Source: an uncultured delta proteobacterium (lineage in GTDB: Bacteria > Desulfobacterota > Binatia > Binatales > Binataceae). From it: a stretch of DNA of 64,000 nucleotides. A program made the translations under genes and the position numbers. The stretch spans positions 896,001 through 960,000 of the forward strand of contig CAVQEQ010000003.1 of assembly GCA_963711565.1 (NCBI GenBank). The letters run 5' to 3'. Below are positions 9,940-19,944 of this stretch, piece by piece (position 1 is the first letter of the stretch; every line of letters begins with the position of its first letter). The notes beneath the pieces were generated by a model. The model searched no databases and had not been told where the DNA came from. It was given only the letters and a program-made list of their open reading frames with translations.

Positions 9940-9948
9940 TTCCCGCTC

Positions 9949-10119
9949 TGCACAAATGCTCGACGCTTCTTCCCCTCTCCCAGAATCGGCTTTGCACAAT
10001 AAACCCCGTCCTGCACAAATAGTCTACCTGCTGCACAAAAAGGCGGGATGAAGCGGGATCACACGGGACAAACTGGGATGGCGGACCAGTGCGGACTAGG
10101 CCGGACGAGAGCGGACCAG
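9949..10119 (+). repeat. Phased direct-repeat array (4x TGCACAA, 4x GGGA at 10-bp period, 4x CGGAC at 10-bp period)
   Basis: TGCACAA at 9949, 9993, 10012, 10032; GGGA at 10045, 10055, 10065, 10075; CGGAC at 10082, 10092, 10102, 10112. Confidence 0.85.
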
Positions 10120-10145
10120 CTACTGCGCTGAACGCGGGCGGTGCC

Positions 10146-10745
10146 TCAATGCGCGCCTGCAAGCTGAACGGTAGCCAGCCATATTGCAATAGCTGCGGTT
10201 CCCAAAAGGGCTAGGAGTGTCAACCCATCGCCACGTCCTCCCAAAATCTTAACAAAATCACCTAAGGCCGATAGCCCCCAACCAAAGACGGCGAAGCCCC
10301 TAAACCGTGAAAAGGTGACTGTCCTGACCTCCGACGAGCGGAACCCTTCTGCTAAGCGGGCGCCTTCGACGAAGATGATGCCAACCAAAACCACGTCTGC
10401 GATCAGCATCGCAAGGGCAAACATCGCCTCGGAGTTGCTCGGGGGACAATTGGACATACATTTCGGATCGTTGGCTTGGACGTACGCAAACGCGAAGCCT
10501 AGCGCCCACAGCGCGGCGACAGCAGCGCCTGAGCGCTTCGCGTATTGCCCCGCTCCCGGAATCAGAGTACTGCCTGCCACTGCGAGGTTCGCGATCATCA
10601 CCGCACCAGTTACGAGTAGGCCGACCATATCTAAGAAACAGTGCGCCTCGCAGCGCCCCGCACCGTCTGGGACTCGGAACAACCAGAGAACCGCGCCACC
10701 AGCCACAAAGATGGCTAACCCTTTTGCTACATTGCTCTGCCTCAT
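10146..10745 (-). CDS. Hypothetical multi-pass membrane protein with two CxxxC loop motifs
   Basis: ATG after GGGGAGG RBS; about 6 hydrophobic segments; CEAHC and CMSNC; visibly more A/T-ending codons than neighbours. Confidence 0.65.
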   Translation of the reverse strand: MRQSNVAKGLAIFVAGGAVLWLFRVPDGAGRCEAHCFLDMVGLLVTGAVMIANLAVAGSTLIPGAGQYAKRSGAAVAALWALGFAFAYVQANDPKCMSNCPPSNSEAMFALAMLIADVVLVGIIFVEGARLAEGFRSSEVRTVTFSRFRGFAVFGWGLSALGDFVKILGGRGDGLTLLALLGTAAIAIWLATVQLAGAH

Positions 10746-10817
10746 TTTGCCTCCCCAAAATCGACTGTCTACCGAAACAAACCAGCCTGTATGACGGGCA
10801 TGCAGTCCTCCCTCCCG

Positions 10818-11120
10818 TGTCATTCAGAGCCGCCGCGGCGAAGAATCCCGGATCCTTCTTCCCCTCTCCTAGAATGGGAGAGGATCGAAGGCGCGGGTCG
10901 AGTTAGGATGTTGCGTTCCGCGCCACTGATTACCCGCCTCGCCCGCTTAGTTGCGGGAGAGGCCGCGCCGAAGGCGCGGGCGAGGTTATTCAGCGCGCGT
11001 TCTTCGCGCGCGATTCAAAATTCTGCCTCTGCCTTTTATTTTTTGTTCCCCTTCCCGCTCGGAAGGGCTCTCTCCTATTTTGTCCCCCCTCCCTCGAGGG
11101 AAGGGGTTAGGGGTTAGGTT
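10818..11120. repeat. Cluster of REP-like palindromic elements
   Basis: tgtcattcagagccgc..gcggcgaagaatccc; cctctcctagaatgggagagg; cctcgcccgc..gcgggagagg..gcgccgaaggcgcgggcgagg; cccttcccgctcggaaggg; ccctccctcgagggaaggggttagggg. Confidence 0.75.
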
Positions 11121-11121
11121 C

Positions 11122-11916
<795 letters not shown>

Positions 11917-12024
11917 CGTGTTTTTCCAGCCGCGGAAATCCTATCTGCACCCCGCCGCATATTCCATCGCGCACTGGTTTGCCCTTTTTGCGATTACAAA
12001 CCTAAGATGGCCGAGGGGACCGAC

Positions 12025-12843
12025 ATGGCGGTAATTGCAATCAGTCAACAAATTGGCAGCAGAGGCATCGAGCTCGGCGAGCTCGCGGCGCAGCAACTCG
12101 GTTACCGGTTCCAGACCGGCGAGCAATTGATCGCCGAAACCGCCAGGCGCTTCAACGTCAGCGCCGATCAGATGAAATGGTTCGACGTACACAACCCGCA
12201 TTTCTGGGAACGGAAGACCGACGGCAGCCGCTTCGCCGCGTACTATCGTGCCGTCTTCCTGCAGGAGGCCGCGCAGGACCGGATCGTCGTCGCGGGCCGC
12301 GGTTCGTCGCATTTTCTCCCTGACGGCGGATGCGGCATCAGGGTGCGCACGATGGCTCCAGTGGCCGATCGCATCAAGCAGGTGGCGAAAGACGAGAAGC
12401 TCGCGCCGGCGGCGGCGGAGAAACGCGTTCGCGATTTCGACACCGAACTGAAGGCTCGCATTCACAGTCTGTTCGGGCAGGATATTGAGGACCCGGCGAT
12501 TTACGACCTGGTAATTAACACGGCGCGACTTTCGCTGGCGTCGCACGCGAACACGCTCGCAGCCCTCGCGACTCATATCGACAGTGAAGGCAACCCCGAA
12601 CGCACGAAGCGCATGAACGACGCTGCGATCGCGGCGCAGGTGCATGCGGCGCTGGTGGCGCACCCGAAAATCGGCGACTCGCAAATGTCAGTCAATTGCT
12701 CGGCCGGATGCGTGCGCGTAAGCGGTCCGGGACTGGTGCCGCCGTGGGACGAGCTCGTGATCGAAGTCGCGCAAACGATCGAAGGCGTCGCCTCGGTCGA
12801 AGTCGGCGCCGAAGAAGATCCCGTAACATTGACTACCAGTTGA
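12025..12843 (+). CDS. Cytidylate kinase-like family protein with C-terminal BON-like domain
   Basis: VIAISQQIGSRG.E, VVAGRG, DPAIYDLVINT, then IAAQVHAAL...V.VSG...AQTIEGVASV; RBS GAGGGG. Confidence 0.8.
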   Translation: MAVIAISQQIGSRGIELGELAAQQLGYRFQTGEQLIAETARRFNVSADQMKWFDVHNPHFWERKTDGSRFAAYYRAVFLQEAAQDRIVVAGRGSSHFLPDGGCGIRVRTMAPVADRIKQVAKDEKLAPAAAEKRVRDFDTELKARIHSLFGQDIEDPAIYDLVINTARLSLASHANTLAALATHIDSEGNPERTKRMNDAAIAAQVHAALVAHPKIGDSQMSVNCSAGCVRVSGPGLVPPWDELVIEVAQTIEGVASVEVGAEEDPVTLTTS

Positions 12844-12854
12844 CCGCCCCCGGA

Positions 12855-13316
12855 ATGCGCGCACTCATCATCTTTTTCGCCACTGGAATTTATTCCGGAT
12901 ACGCTCCGATTGCGCCGGGAACCGCCGGCTCGGTGGTTGGACTGGTGGTCGTGTGGCTCGTATTCGGTCCGCTCTGGATTCATTCGCCGGCGCTATGCCT
13001 GCTGGTATTCGCGATCGCGTTTGCGATTGCATGCTGGATTTCCGATCGCGCCGAGAAAATTTTCGACAATCACGACGATTCGCGCATCGTGATCGACGAA
13101 GTCTTCGGTATGGCCGCGACGATGTTCGGCAATCCGATCACGTTCGGCTGGCTGATGCTCGGATTTCTGCTGTTTCGAGTCGCCGACGTGGTCAAGCCGT
13201 GGCCGGCGAGCTGGTTCGATCGCCGCATGCGCAACGGCGCGGGCGTGATGCTGGATGATTTGGCTGCGGGGATTTATGCGAATATTGTGCTGCAGGTGAT
13301 CGTGCGCTTGCTCTGA
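12855..13316 (+). CDS. pgpA: Phosphatidylglycerophosphatase A
   Basis: PIAPGTAGS, HDDSRIVIDEVFG, FRVADVVKPWP, GVMLDDLAAG. Confidence 0.95.
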   Translation: MRALIIFFATGIYSGYAPIAPGTAGSVVGLVVVWLVFGPLWIHSPALCLLVFAIAFAIACWISDRAEKIFDNHDDSRIVIDEVFGMAATMFGNPITFGWLMLGFLLFRVADVVKPWPASWFDRRMRNGAGVMLDDLAAGIYANIVLQVIVRLL

Positions 13317-13342
13317 AGGTACACGCCCGCAAGGAGTTCCCG

Positions 13343-14626
13343 ATGATTCAGAACGCTGTGATTCTTTCCACCGGCGACGAAATCACCACCGGCAAGGTCG
13401 TCGATACCAACGCCAACTATCTTGCCGACAAGCTCGCGGAAATCGGAATCGATCTCGTTGCGGTGCTCACCGTCGGCGACGTTCCCGACCGCCTGGAGTG
13501 GGCGTGGCGCACCGCCATCGCGAGAGGTGACGTGGTGATTTCGACCGGCGGCATCGGGCCTACCGCCGACGACCTGACCACCGAAACTATCGCGCGCGTC
13601 GCACGCGTGAAGCTGCGGCGCGATGAAGCCGCCGTCGAGCACATGACGCGATTGTTCGCGAGCATTGGCCGCCCGATGCCCGAGAACAATCTCAAGCAGG
13701 CGGACTTCCCCGAGGGCGCAACCATCATTCAGAATCCTCTCGGCACCGCGCCCGGCTTCAGAATGCCGGTGACGCTCGGCGGCCATACCGCGCATCTGAT
13801 CGTGCTGCCCGGCGTGCCGCGCGAGATGAAACCGATGATGGAAAATACGGTGATCCCGTGGATCGCGGCGAATCGCGGCACCGACAAGGTTTACGCGGTG
13901 AAGATTTTCCAGACCTTCGGTATGAGCGAGTCGGCGCTCGACGAAGCGGTGGCGGGATTGATCAAACCCGAAGAAGCCAAGGTCTCGTTCCGCGCGAGTT
14001 TCCCGCAGATTTCGCTCAAGATCAGAGTAGAGGGAGCACCCGGCGAGGTCGATCGCAAGCTGGCGGAGCTGTCGCATCGCGTGCGCGAGAAAATCTCGCA
14101 GTTCGTTTACGCCGAAGGCGACACCTCGATGGAAGAAGTCGTCGGCCGCCTCTTCATCGAGAAGAAATTTACGCTGGCGGTCGCCGAGTCATGCACCGGC
14201 GGACTGATCGGACATCGCATCACCAACGTTCCCGGCTGCTCGCAATACTTCAAAGGCGACCTCGTGACCTACACCTACGACGTGAAGGAAGGAGTGCTTG
14301 GGGTTTCGGCGGAGACGCTGAAAGCGCATGGCGCAGTGAGCGAAGAATGCGTACGCGAGATGGCGGCGGGCGTTCGCCGCCGCATCGGCGCGAGCGTGTC
14401 GGTCGCGACTTCGGGAATCGCGGGACCCGACGGCGGCACGCCGGACAAACCGGTCGGCACGGTCTGCATCGCGCTGTCAGCCGACGATCAGAGCTTCACC
14501 CGCCGCTACCAGTTTCGCGGCACTCGCGACTGGATCAAGCTGATCACGTCGCAGGTCGCGCTCGACTGGTTGCGGCGATACGCGCTCGGTCTGCCGATCG
14601 CCGACTCGACGCTGTTCCGCCGCTAG
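13343..14626 (+). CDS. cinA: Competence/damage-inducible protein CinA (MoCF-like + PncC domains)
   Basis: GDEITTGKVVDTN, TGGIGPTADDLT, LPGVPREM, AESCTGG, SGIAGPDGG..DKPVGTV. Confidence 0.95.
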   Translation: MIQNAVILSTGDEITTGKVVDTNANYLADKLAEIGIDLVAVLTVGDVPDRLEWAWRTAIARGDVVISTGGIGPTADDLTTETIARVARVKLRRDEAAVEHMTRLFASIGRPMPENNLKQADFPEGATIIQNPLGTAPGFRMPVTLGGHTAHLIVLPGVPREMKPMMENTVIPWIAANRGTDKVYAVKIFQTFGMSESALDEAVAGLIKPEEAKVSFRASFPQISLKIRVEGAPGEVDRKLAELSHRVREKISQFVYAEGDTSMEEVVGRLFIEKKFTLAVAESCTGGLIGHRITNVPGCSQYFKGDLVTYTYDVKEGVLGVSAETLKAHGAVSEECVREMAAGVRRRIGASVSVATSGIAGPDGGTPDKPVGTVCIALSADDQSFTRRYQFRGTRDWIKLITSQVALDWLRRYALGLPIADSTLFRR

Positions 14627-14629
14627 CAC

Positions 14630-15007
14630 TCATCTGACGCGCGCGTAGTTGATCAGATCGCTGCCGGTGCCGGCCAGCGCAAGCTTCCCGTTGGCCGCGG
14701 CGCACTGGACCGCGTTCGCCGAAGTCGCGTCGGTGCACAGCACAACATTCGTGTCGCCAGTGAAGCACGCATCGTTGACTGTCGCGTTACCTTGAGCGAG
14801 TTGCACGTGTCCGGCGCAAAGATTGGCCATCTGCTTCACATCCACGGAACCAAAGACGCTGTTTGCCCACACGCCGGTCACATCATTTGACGCGGCGCGC
14901 GCTTTGCCGTCCGCCGGTGGAGGCCCGGGATGCGGCCCACGACCGCATCCAGAGCCAAGCAGGGCGAACAATGACAGTGCAGCAAGAATTGTCGTTCCTG
15001 TCTTCAT
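14630..15007 (-). CDS. Putative lipoprotein, four further Cys in mature part
   Basis: MKTGTTILAALSLFALLGSG-C lipobox-like signal followed by a Pro-rich linker. Confidence 0.65.
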   Translation of the reverse strand: MKTGTTILAALSLFALLGSGCGRGPHPGPPPADGKARAASNDVTGVWANSVFGSVDVKQMANLCAGHVQLAQGNATVNDACFTGDTNVVLCTDATSANAVQCAAANGKLALAGTGSDLINYARVR

Positions 15008-15016
15008 GTTTCCCAA

Positions 15017-15397
15017 TCAAACAAATTCAGCACTCGCCCGTTTTACGCTGACGCCTCCGAACATCGAGTACGCAAGAATGTCCAGTGGTAGACGAGCGTC
15101 CTCCTCGTCGCTTATCGAAGCGCTCGACTCCGAACTGTTCGCGGCTGTTTGCCGGCCGCGCAAATCGATCTTGCGCCCGCCGAATATGCTGAAGCCGTCG
15201 CAGATCACTTTTTCGTCGGGGCGCACTCTCACTTTGGCACCGCCGAATATCGCGACGACGGTAACAGCAAGCTCGGGCGGCGCATTCGTGAGGTCCAAAT
15301 CAAGTCCGCCGAAAAGAGCAAGGCCGAAAAACGACTCGCCACGATGGAGCATGCTGCCGTCGATCCTGTTCCCGGAAAAAATGGCCAAGCTCACCAT
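15017..15397 (-). CDS. Soluble LiaF C-terminal-like / Toastrack-type beta-repeat protein
   Basis: Five repeats AIFSGNRID, ALFGGLDLD, AIFGGAKVR, SIFGGRKID, SMFGGVSVK; no TM helix. Confidence 0.7.
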   Translation of the reverse strand: MVSLAIFSGNRIDGSMLHRGESFFGLALFGGLDLDLTNAPPELAVTVVAIFGGAKVRVRPDEKVICDGFSIFGGRKIDLRGRQTAANSSESSASISDEEDARLPLDILAYSMFGGVSVKRASAEFV

Positions 15398-15404
15398 GAT
15401 CGCA

Positions 15405-16145
15405 TCAGTTCGCGTGCTTGATGTCGCCGTTGACTGCCGCGTTGGCCGCTGCCGTGAAGATATCCATCGGCGCCAGCGGTGGCCGGCGCTTGCGCTTCAG
15501 GTCGGCGAGCTCGGCCTGGGCCTTGGCTTCGGTGTTGCGCTGGCGGATAGCTTCGAGCTTGTCACCGAGTTCGGAGCCGGCGATTTCGTGATTGACGCCC
15601 GCCTGCGCGAGCATCCGCTGAATCGACTCGCGCACTTCTTCGAGCGCGCGAACGTCGTCGTCGGACGAAATCTCTTCGAGCGCGCGCTGGATTCGCACGC
15701 GCGCCTGCGCATTTCTCATCCGCGCGATCATGCGGACCTTCTCGACCTTGAGCTTTTCGATCTCGCCCTTGAACGAGATCAAATTCTTCTTCGCGTCCTC
15801 GGCTTCCGTCGTCAGCTCGCCGAGCTCTTCGCGCAGCCGGGTGCAATCGCCGTCGAGGATGTGCTTGCGCTGGATCAGGATCAGCGCGCACTGGTCCTCG
15901 TTCATATCGGCGGCCTGCCCCGCTTCTTCATCGACTTCCTTCATCTCGGCGAGTTTCTCGCGCAGCTCGCGCTCGAGCTTGTTGCGCATGTAGATAACGC
16001 CGGCCGCCGCGGTCTTGAGCTGATGATAGCGCTGCACGCGATCCGAGATCGCGGACTCGTACACCGCCTCGGGGTCGCGCGCCTCGCGCGCTTTAATCCA
16101 GCGGCTGAACTTGCCTCCGAGCAATTTGAAAAATCTTGATAACAT
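15405..16145 (-). CDS. pspA: PspA/IM30 family protein
   Basis: Amphipathic N-helix MLSRFFKLLGGKFSRWI, DPEAVYESAI, long coiled coils, C-terminal AELADLK; RBS AGGAG. Confidence 0.85.
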   Translation of the reverse strand: MLSRFFKLLGGKFSRWIKAREARDPEAVYESAISDRVQRYHQLKTAAAGVIYMRNKLERELREKLAEMKEVDEEAGQAADMNEDQCALILIQRKHILDGDCTRLREELGELTTEAEDAKKNLISFKGEIEKLKVEKVRMIARMRNAQARVRIQRALEEISSDDDVRALEEVRESIQRMLAQAGVNHEIAGSELGDKLEAIRQRNTEAKAQAELADLKRKRRPPLAPMDIFTAAANAAVNGDIKHAN

Positions 16146-16197
16146 TTTCGTTCTCCTTTTGGCCGCGAGCGCAGCCGCGTTCTTCTTTTCTAGATTT

Positions 16198-16680
16198 TCA
16201 GATCCAACGCCTGACGCGGTACGCGTAATCGCGGTAGTCCTGGCCGAAGAGCCGCTCCATCGTCTCTTCCTCGCGCGGGATCACGAGCCGATCGATCACT
16301 GCGAAGAAGACGGCCGGCGCCAACAGCATCGCGATCGACCCGAAGAAAATCGCCAGTCCTAACAACGTCGTCGCGAGGCCGAGATACATCGGGTTTCGCG
16401 TCCAGGTATATGGCGGCTGCGCGACGAACGCGGTCGGCTCGCCCCAGGGCTTCCTGGTGGTGTCTCGCGCCTGGAAAATCGCGGCGGCGAAACATGACAC
16501 GCCGACGCCGCCCGCAACCACCAGCAATCCAATCACCTGGTACCATCCCACCGAGCGCTCCTCGGGCAGCATGAAATGGAGCACGAGCGTGACCAGCAAC
16601 AGCACGCCCGCCAACAGGGGCGGATGAATCTTCATCGTCGTTACGGTGGTGCTGGAGGATTGAGATTCGGCGGTGTTCAT
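16198..16680 (-). CDS. Isoprenylcysteine carboxylmethyltransferase / PEMT-family membrane protein
   Basis: PPYTWTRNPMYLG, IPREEETMERLFGQDYRDY..RVRRWI. Confidence 0.9.
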   Translation of the reverse strand: MNTAESQSSSTTVTTMKIHPPLLAGVLLLVTLVLHFMLPEERSVGWYQVIGLLVVAGGVGVSCFAAAIFQARDTTRKPWGEPTAFVAQPPYTWTRNPMYLGLATTLLGLAIFFGSIAMLLAPAVFFAVIDRLVIPREEETMERLFGQDYRDYAYRVRRWI

Positions 16681-16708
16681 TTTCTATCTTCTCCGCGTTT
16701 GCGCGAAA

Positions 16709-18169
16709 TCAATTGGTGTCACTCTTGGTGGCCTGCGCGAGCCCGATATTTTCGATCGTAATCCCGAGTTCGCGCATTTTCTGTTGAAAGCTTTGGCGGT
16801 ACATCCCGGTCCGTTCCGCGGCGCGCGAGATATTGCCGCCGGTGGCCCGCAAAGCACGCACGAAGAAATCTCGTTCCCAATCGCCGACGAATTTTTCTTT
16901 CGCCTCGCGAAACGTCATTGCCGATTCGCCGTTCTCGGTCGCCGCCGATCCGTGATTCGACGTGCTCGTTGCTGGCGAGCTGGCGTGGTCGCCCTCCGGC
17001 TCCGAGCCGGCGAACAGATCTTCCGCGGTAATCTCGGCTCCCGCCGACAGGATCACCGCCTGCTCGATTGCCGCCTTGAGCGAACGCGCGTTGCCCTTCC
17101 ACGGAGCCTCGACGCACGCGCGCATCGCCTCGGGCGTGAGCTGTTTTTGCGGCGCGGAAAAACGATTGCACGCCTCCGCAATGAAGTGCTGGACCATCAG
17201 GGGCACATCTTCACGCCGCTCGCGCACGGGAGGCACGCGAATCTCGACGACCTTCAGGCGGTAGTAGAGATCCTCGCGAAACTTGCCCTGCTCGATCATC
17301 GCTTCGAGGTCCTGGTTGGTGGCCGCGATTATTCGCACATCAACGCTCAGCGGCTGATTCCCGCCGATCCGCTCGAACACCTGCTCCTGCAGCACGCGCA
17401 GCAACTTGGCCTGCGTCTCGAGCGCCATGTCGCCGATTTCGTCCAGGAACAACGTGCCGCCGTTAGCGGCTTCGAATTTTCCTTCGCGACGCGCGACGGC
17501 GCCGGTGAACGCCCCCTTCTCGTGGCCGAACAGCTCGCTCTCGACCAGCTCGCGCGAGAACGCCGCGCAATTGACCGCGATAAACGGCTTGCGCGCCCGC
17601 GGACTGCGAAAATGTATCGCGCGCGCCACGAGCTCCTTGCCGGTGCCCGATTCGCCGCGGATCAGAACCGTGACGTCGGTCGGCGCGACCTTGTCGATCG
17701 TCTCGAACACCCGCATCATCGCGCGCGAGCGCCCGACCATATTCTCGAAAACGCCCGTCTCGAGCCGCACCTGCTCGAGCAGCTGGCTGTGCTCGCGCTT
17801 GAGCAGTTGCGTCTCCATCACCTTGCGCACTTTCAGGCGCAGCTCGTCGTTGTCGAACGGCTTGGGCAGGTAATCCTCGGCGCCCGCCTTCATCGCTTCG
17901 ACTGCGATTCGCTGAGTGCCGAACGCGGTGATCATCAACACCGCGCACGCGGGATCGAGTTCGCGCACGTGCTTGAGCAATTCGAGCCCGCTCATTCCCT
18001 TCATGCTGAGATCGGTGATGATGACGTGGAACAGTCCCGCCTTGACCTTCTCGAGCGCTTCTTCGCCCGACTCCGCGGTCTCGACTTCGTAGCCCTCCTT
18101 GGTGAAGAGTCCCTTGAGCGCGATGACGATTCCGCGCTCGTCGTCAACTACCAGCAATCGGCCTTTCAA
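16709..18169 (-). CDS. Sigma54-dependent response regulator (NtrC family: REC + AAA+ + HTH)
   Basis: [50 protein letters not shown]; TTG start overlaps the kinase stop (TTGA). Confidence 0.95.
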   Translation of the reverse strand: MKGRLLVVDDERGIVIALKGLFTKEGYEVETAESGEEALEKVKAGLFHVIITDLSMKGMSGLELLKHVRELDPACAVLMITAFGTQRIAVEAMKAGAEDYLPKPFDNDELRLKVRKVMETQLLKREHSQLLEQVRLETGVFENMVGRSRAMMRVFETIDKVAPTDVTVLIRGESGTGKELVARAIHFRSPRARKPFIAVNCAAFSRELVESELFGHEKGAFTGAVARREGKFEAANGGTLFLDEIGDMALETQAKLLRVLQEQVFERIGGNQPLSVDVRIIAATNQDLEAMIEQGKFREDLYYRLKVVEIRVPPVRERREDVPLMVQHFIAEACNRFSAPQKQLTPEAMRACVEAPWKGNARSLKAAIEQAVILSAGAEITAEDLFAGSEPEGDHASSPATSTSNHGSAATENGESAMTFREAKEKFVGDWERDFFVRALRATGGNISRAAERTGMYRQSFQQKMRELGITIENIGLAQATKSDTN

Positions 18170-19755
18170 TTTCGTAGCCTCGAGGTCTGAGTGGATGGCG
18201 CGCCCGCCGCCATTGGGACGATCGGCGTAGTTGTCGCACCGCCGCCGTTGTTTTGTGCGTTGTTCTGCTGGATAGGTTCAGCCGCTTCTCCCACGATGTC
18301 CGGCGACTCGGGCCGCTCACTCGTCGCGCACGGCGCCATCGTGGTCGGAACCGCCGACGACTGGACTACGTCGTCGTTATCGCGCACGGCGTCGCTGAGC
18401 GGAATCGCGAGCACGAACTCAGTGCCCTGCCCGACGATGCTGTGCACTTCGATCGTCCCGCGATGCGAGTCGATCACTTTTTTCGCTACGCCCAGGCCGA
18501 GCCCGGTGCCGTTGGTCTTCGACGTGTAGAACGGATTGAAAATTTTCGCGATCTTGTCGTCGGGGATTCCGCAGCCGTTGTCGCGAATCCTGACCGCCGC
18601 CATGCCCGCACCGTTGTTTTGTATCGCAAATTCGAGCCGGCGCTCCCCGGTCGTCGATTCCATCGCGTCGATCGCGTTGTCGATGATGTTCGAGAAAACC
18701 TGCCGCAGCTTGTCGGCGTCTGCGCGCACGGTCGGACCGCTCAGGTACGCGCGCGAGACCATCACCGAGTTTGCCTCGAGCTTGCTGCGCATCTGCGTGA
18801 GCGCGCCGTCGACCACCCACGCCAGATTTACATTTTCGAACTTGTAGTCTTCTTCCTTTGCGTATTTGAGCAGATGCGACACGCTGCGCTCGACGCGTGC
18901 AAGCTCATCGAGCGCGACCTTCGCGTACTCGACGTTCTCATGCGAGGTCGGATCCTCGCCCATTTGCTGCACCAGGCTCTTCGCCGCCGCGATCGGATTG
19001 CGGATTTCGTGCGCGAAGGTCGCCGTCAGCTCGTCCAGCGACGCCTGCTTCTCGGTCCGCAGCTGCTCTTTCTCCTGCAAAACTTCGCGCTGAACTTCGC
19101 GCGCGACCGCCGGCTGGAAAACCCGGTCATGTACCCATCGCCAGCCGTACACCGCCGAGAAATGGCTGACGATTCCAAATCCCCACCCGAGCGCCGGCCA
19201 GATGAACCACGGATATCCGCCGAACCCGGTCGTCATCAGGTTGATGATGAACAGGAAGCCGATGATGATTCCGTACCACATCAGGTGCACGAAGAAGCCG
19301 GCCTCGGCCTGCGCGCGTTTGCGTGCGCGGTCGTAGGTCTGGCGCTCGGCGTCGTTCTTGAACTGCGGTGGCGGCGGCATATCCTGCGCGGGATCGGCGC
19401 TGACGCCTCCATACTTATGCGTCTGCTTGTCGAAGCGCTCCTTCAGCTTGCGCTCGAATTTTTCGGCCTTGGCCTCGAACTTGCGCGCCATCTTGGAATC
19501 GAAGTCGCGCTTTATCTTGGCGTGCAGATCGTTGGCGAAGCGCTCCGCCGACGCCGTCGTGGACGCCTTGGCTTGCTCGGCCCACTTCGACCAGTCGCGC
19601 GACCCCCTCGAGCCGCGCCGCCCGTACTGCGACCAGTCGTGCTTCGACCAATCGTATTTCGACCAGTCGCTGTACTTCATCCAGCGCAGACGGTTTCGCT
19701 TTCGATGTTGCACGACCGCGTAAATGATTAGTGCTACTATGAAGATGCCGAACAT
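18166..19755 (-). CDS. Sensor histidine kinase with 2TM domain and N-terminal DWS(K/Q) repeats
   Basis: AHEIRNP H-box, [33 protein letters not shown]; 2TM-like segment GFFVHLMWY...INLMT...[18 protein letters not shown]. Confidence 0.93.
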   Translation of the reverse strand: MFGIFIVALIIYAVVQHRKRNRLRWMKYSDWSKYDWSKHDWSQYGRRGSRGSRDWSKWAEQAKASTTASAERFANDLHAKIKRDFDSKMARKFEAKAEKFERKLKERFDKQTHKYGGVSADPAQDMPPPPQFKNDAERQTYDRARKRAQAEAGFFVHLMWYGIIIGFLFIINLMTTGFGGYPWFIWPALGWGFGIVSHFSAVYGWRWVHDRVFQPAVAREVQREVLQEKEQLRTEKQASLDELTATFAHEIRNPIAAAKSLVQQMGEDPTSHENVEYAKVALDELARVERSVSHLLKYAKEEDYKFENVNLAWVVDGALTQMRSKLEANSVMVSRAYLSGPTVRADADKLRQVFSNIIDNAIDAMESTTGERRLEFAIQNNGAGMAAVRIRDNGCGIPDDKIAKIFNPFYTSKTNGTGLGLGVAKKVIDSHRGTIEVHSIVGQGTEFVLAIPLSDAVRDNDDVVQSSAVPTTMAPCATSERPESPDIVGEAAEPIQQNNAQNNGGGATTTPIVPMAAGAPSTQTSRLRN

Positions 19756-19856
19756 CCTGTCTCACCTGGGCCCGGAAATGCCGGTCCGTCTAATTGACCT
19801 ATCGAGTCGCCGCAGCTAAAACAATCGCCATTTATTTCCGGGTCCTGACCTCTAAC

Positions 19857-19872
19857 AGCAAAGGAGATGCCG
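19857..19872 (-). promoter_or_regulatory. Sigma54 -24/-12 promoter of the kinase-pspA operon
   Basis: Minus strand CGGCATCTCCTTTGCT matches TGGCACG-N4-TTGCW with exact GG-N10-GC spacing, about 100 bp upstream of the ATG. Confidence 0.7.
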
Positions 19873-19944
19873 ACGCCCGCGGGCGCGAAAAGTCGAGCAT
19901 TCGCGCGGATTCCATCGATCATGCGGGCGCACGCGACGCCCCAG

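Noticed and set aside
9949-10119. CRISPR array or tRNA interpretation of the repeat region
   Set aside because: Repeat units are 4-8 bp at 10-20 bp period, with no 25-40 bp repeat/spacer structure, no cas genes and no cloverleaf
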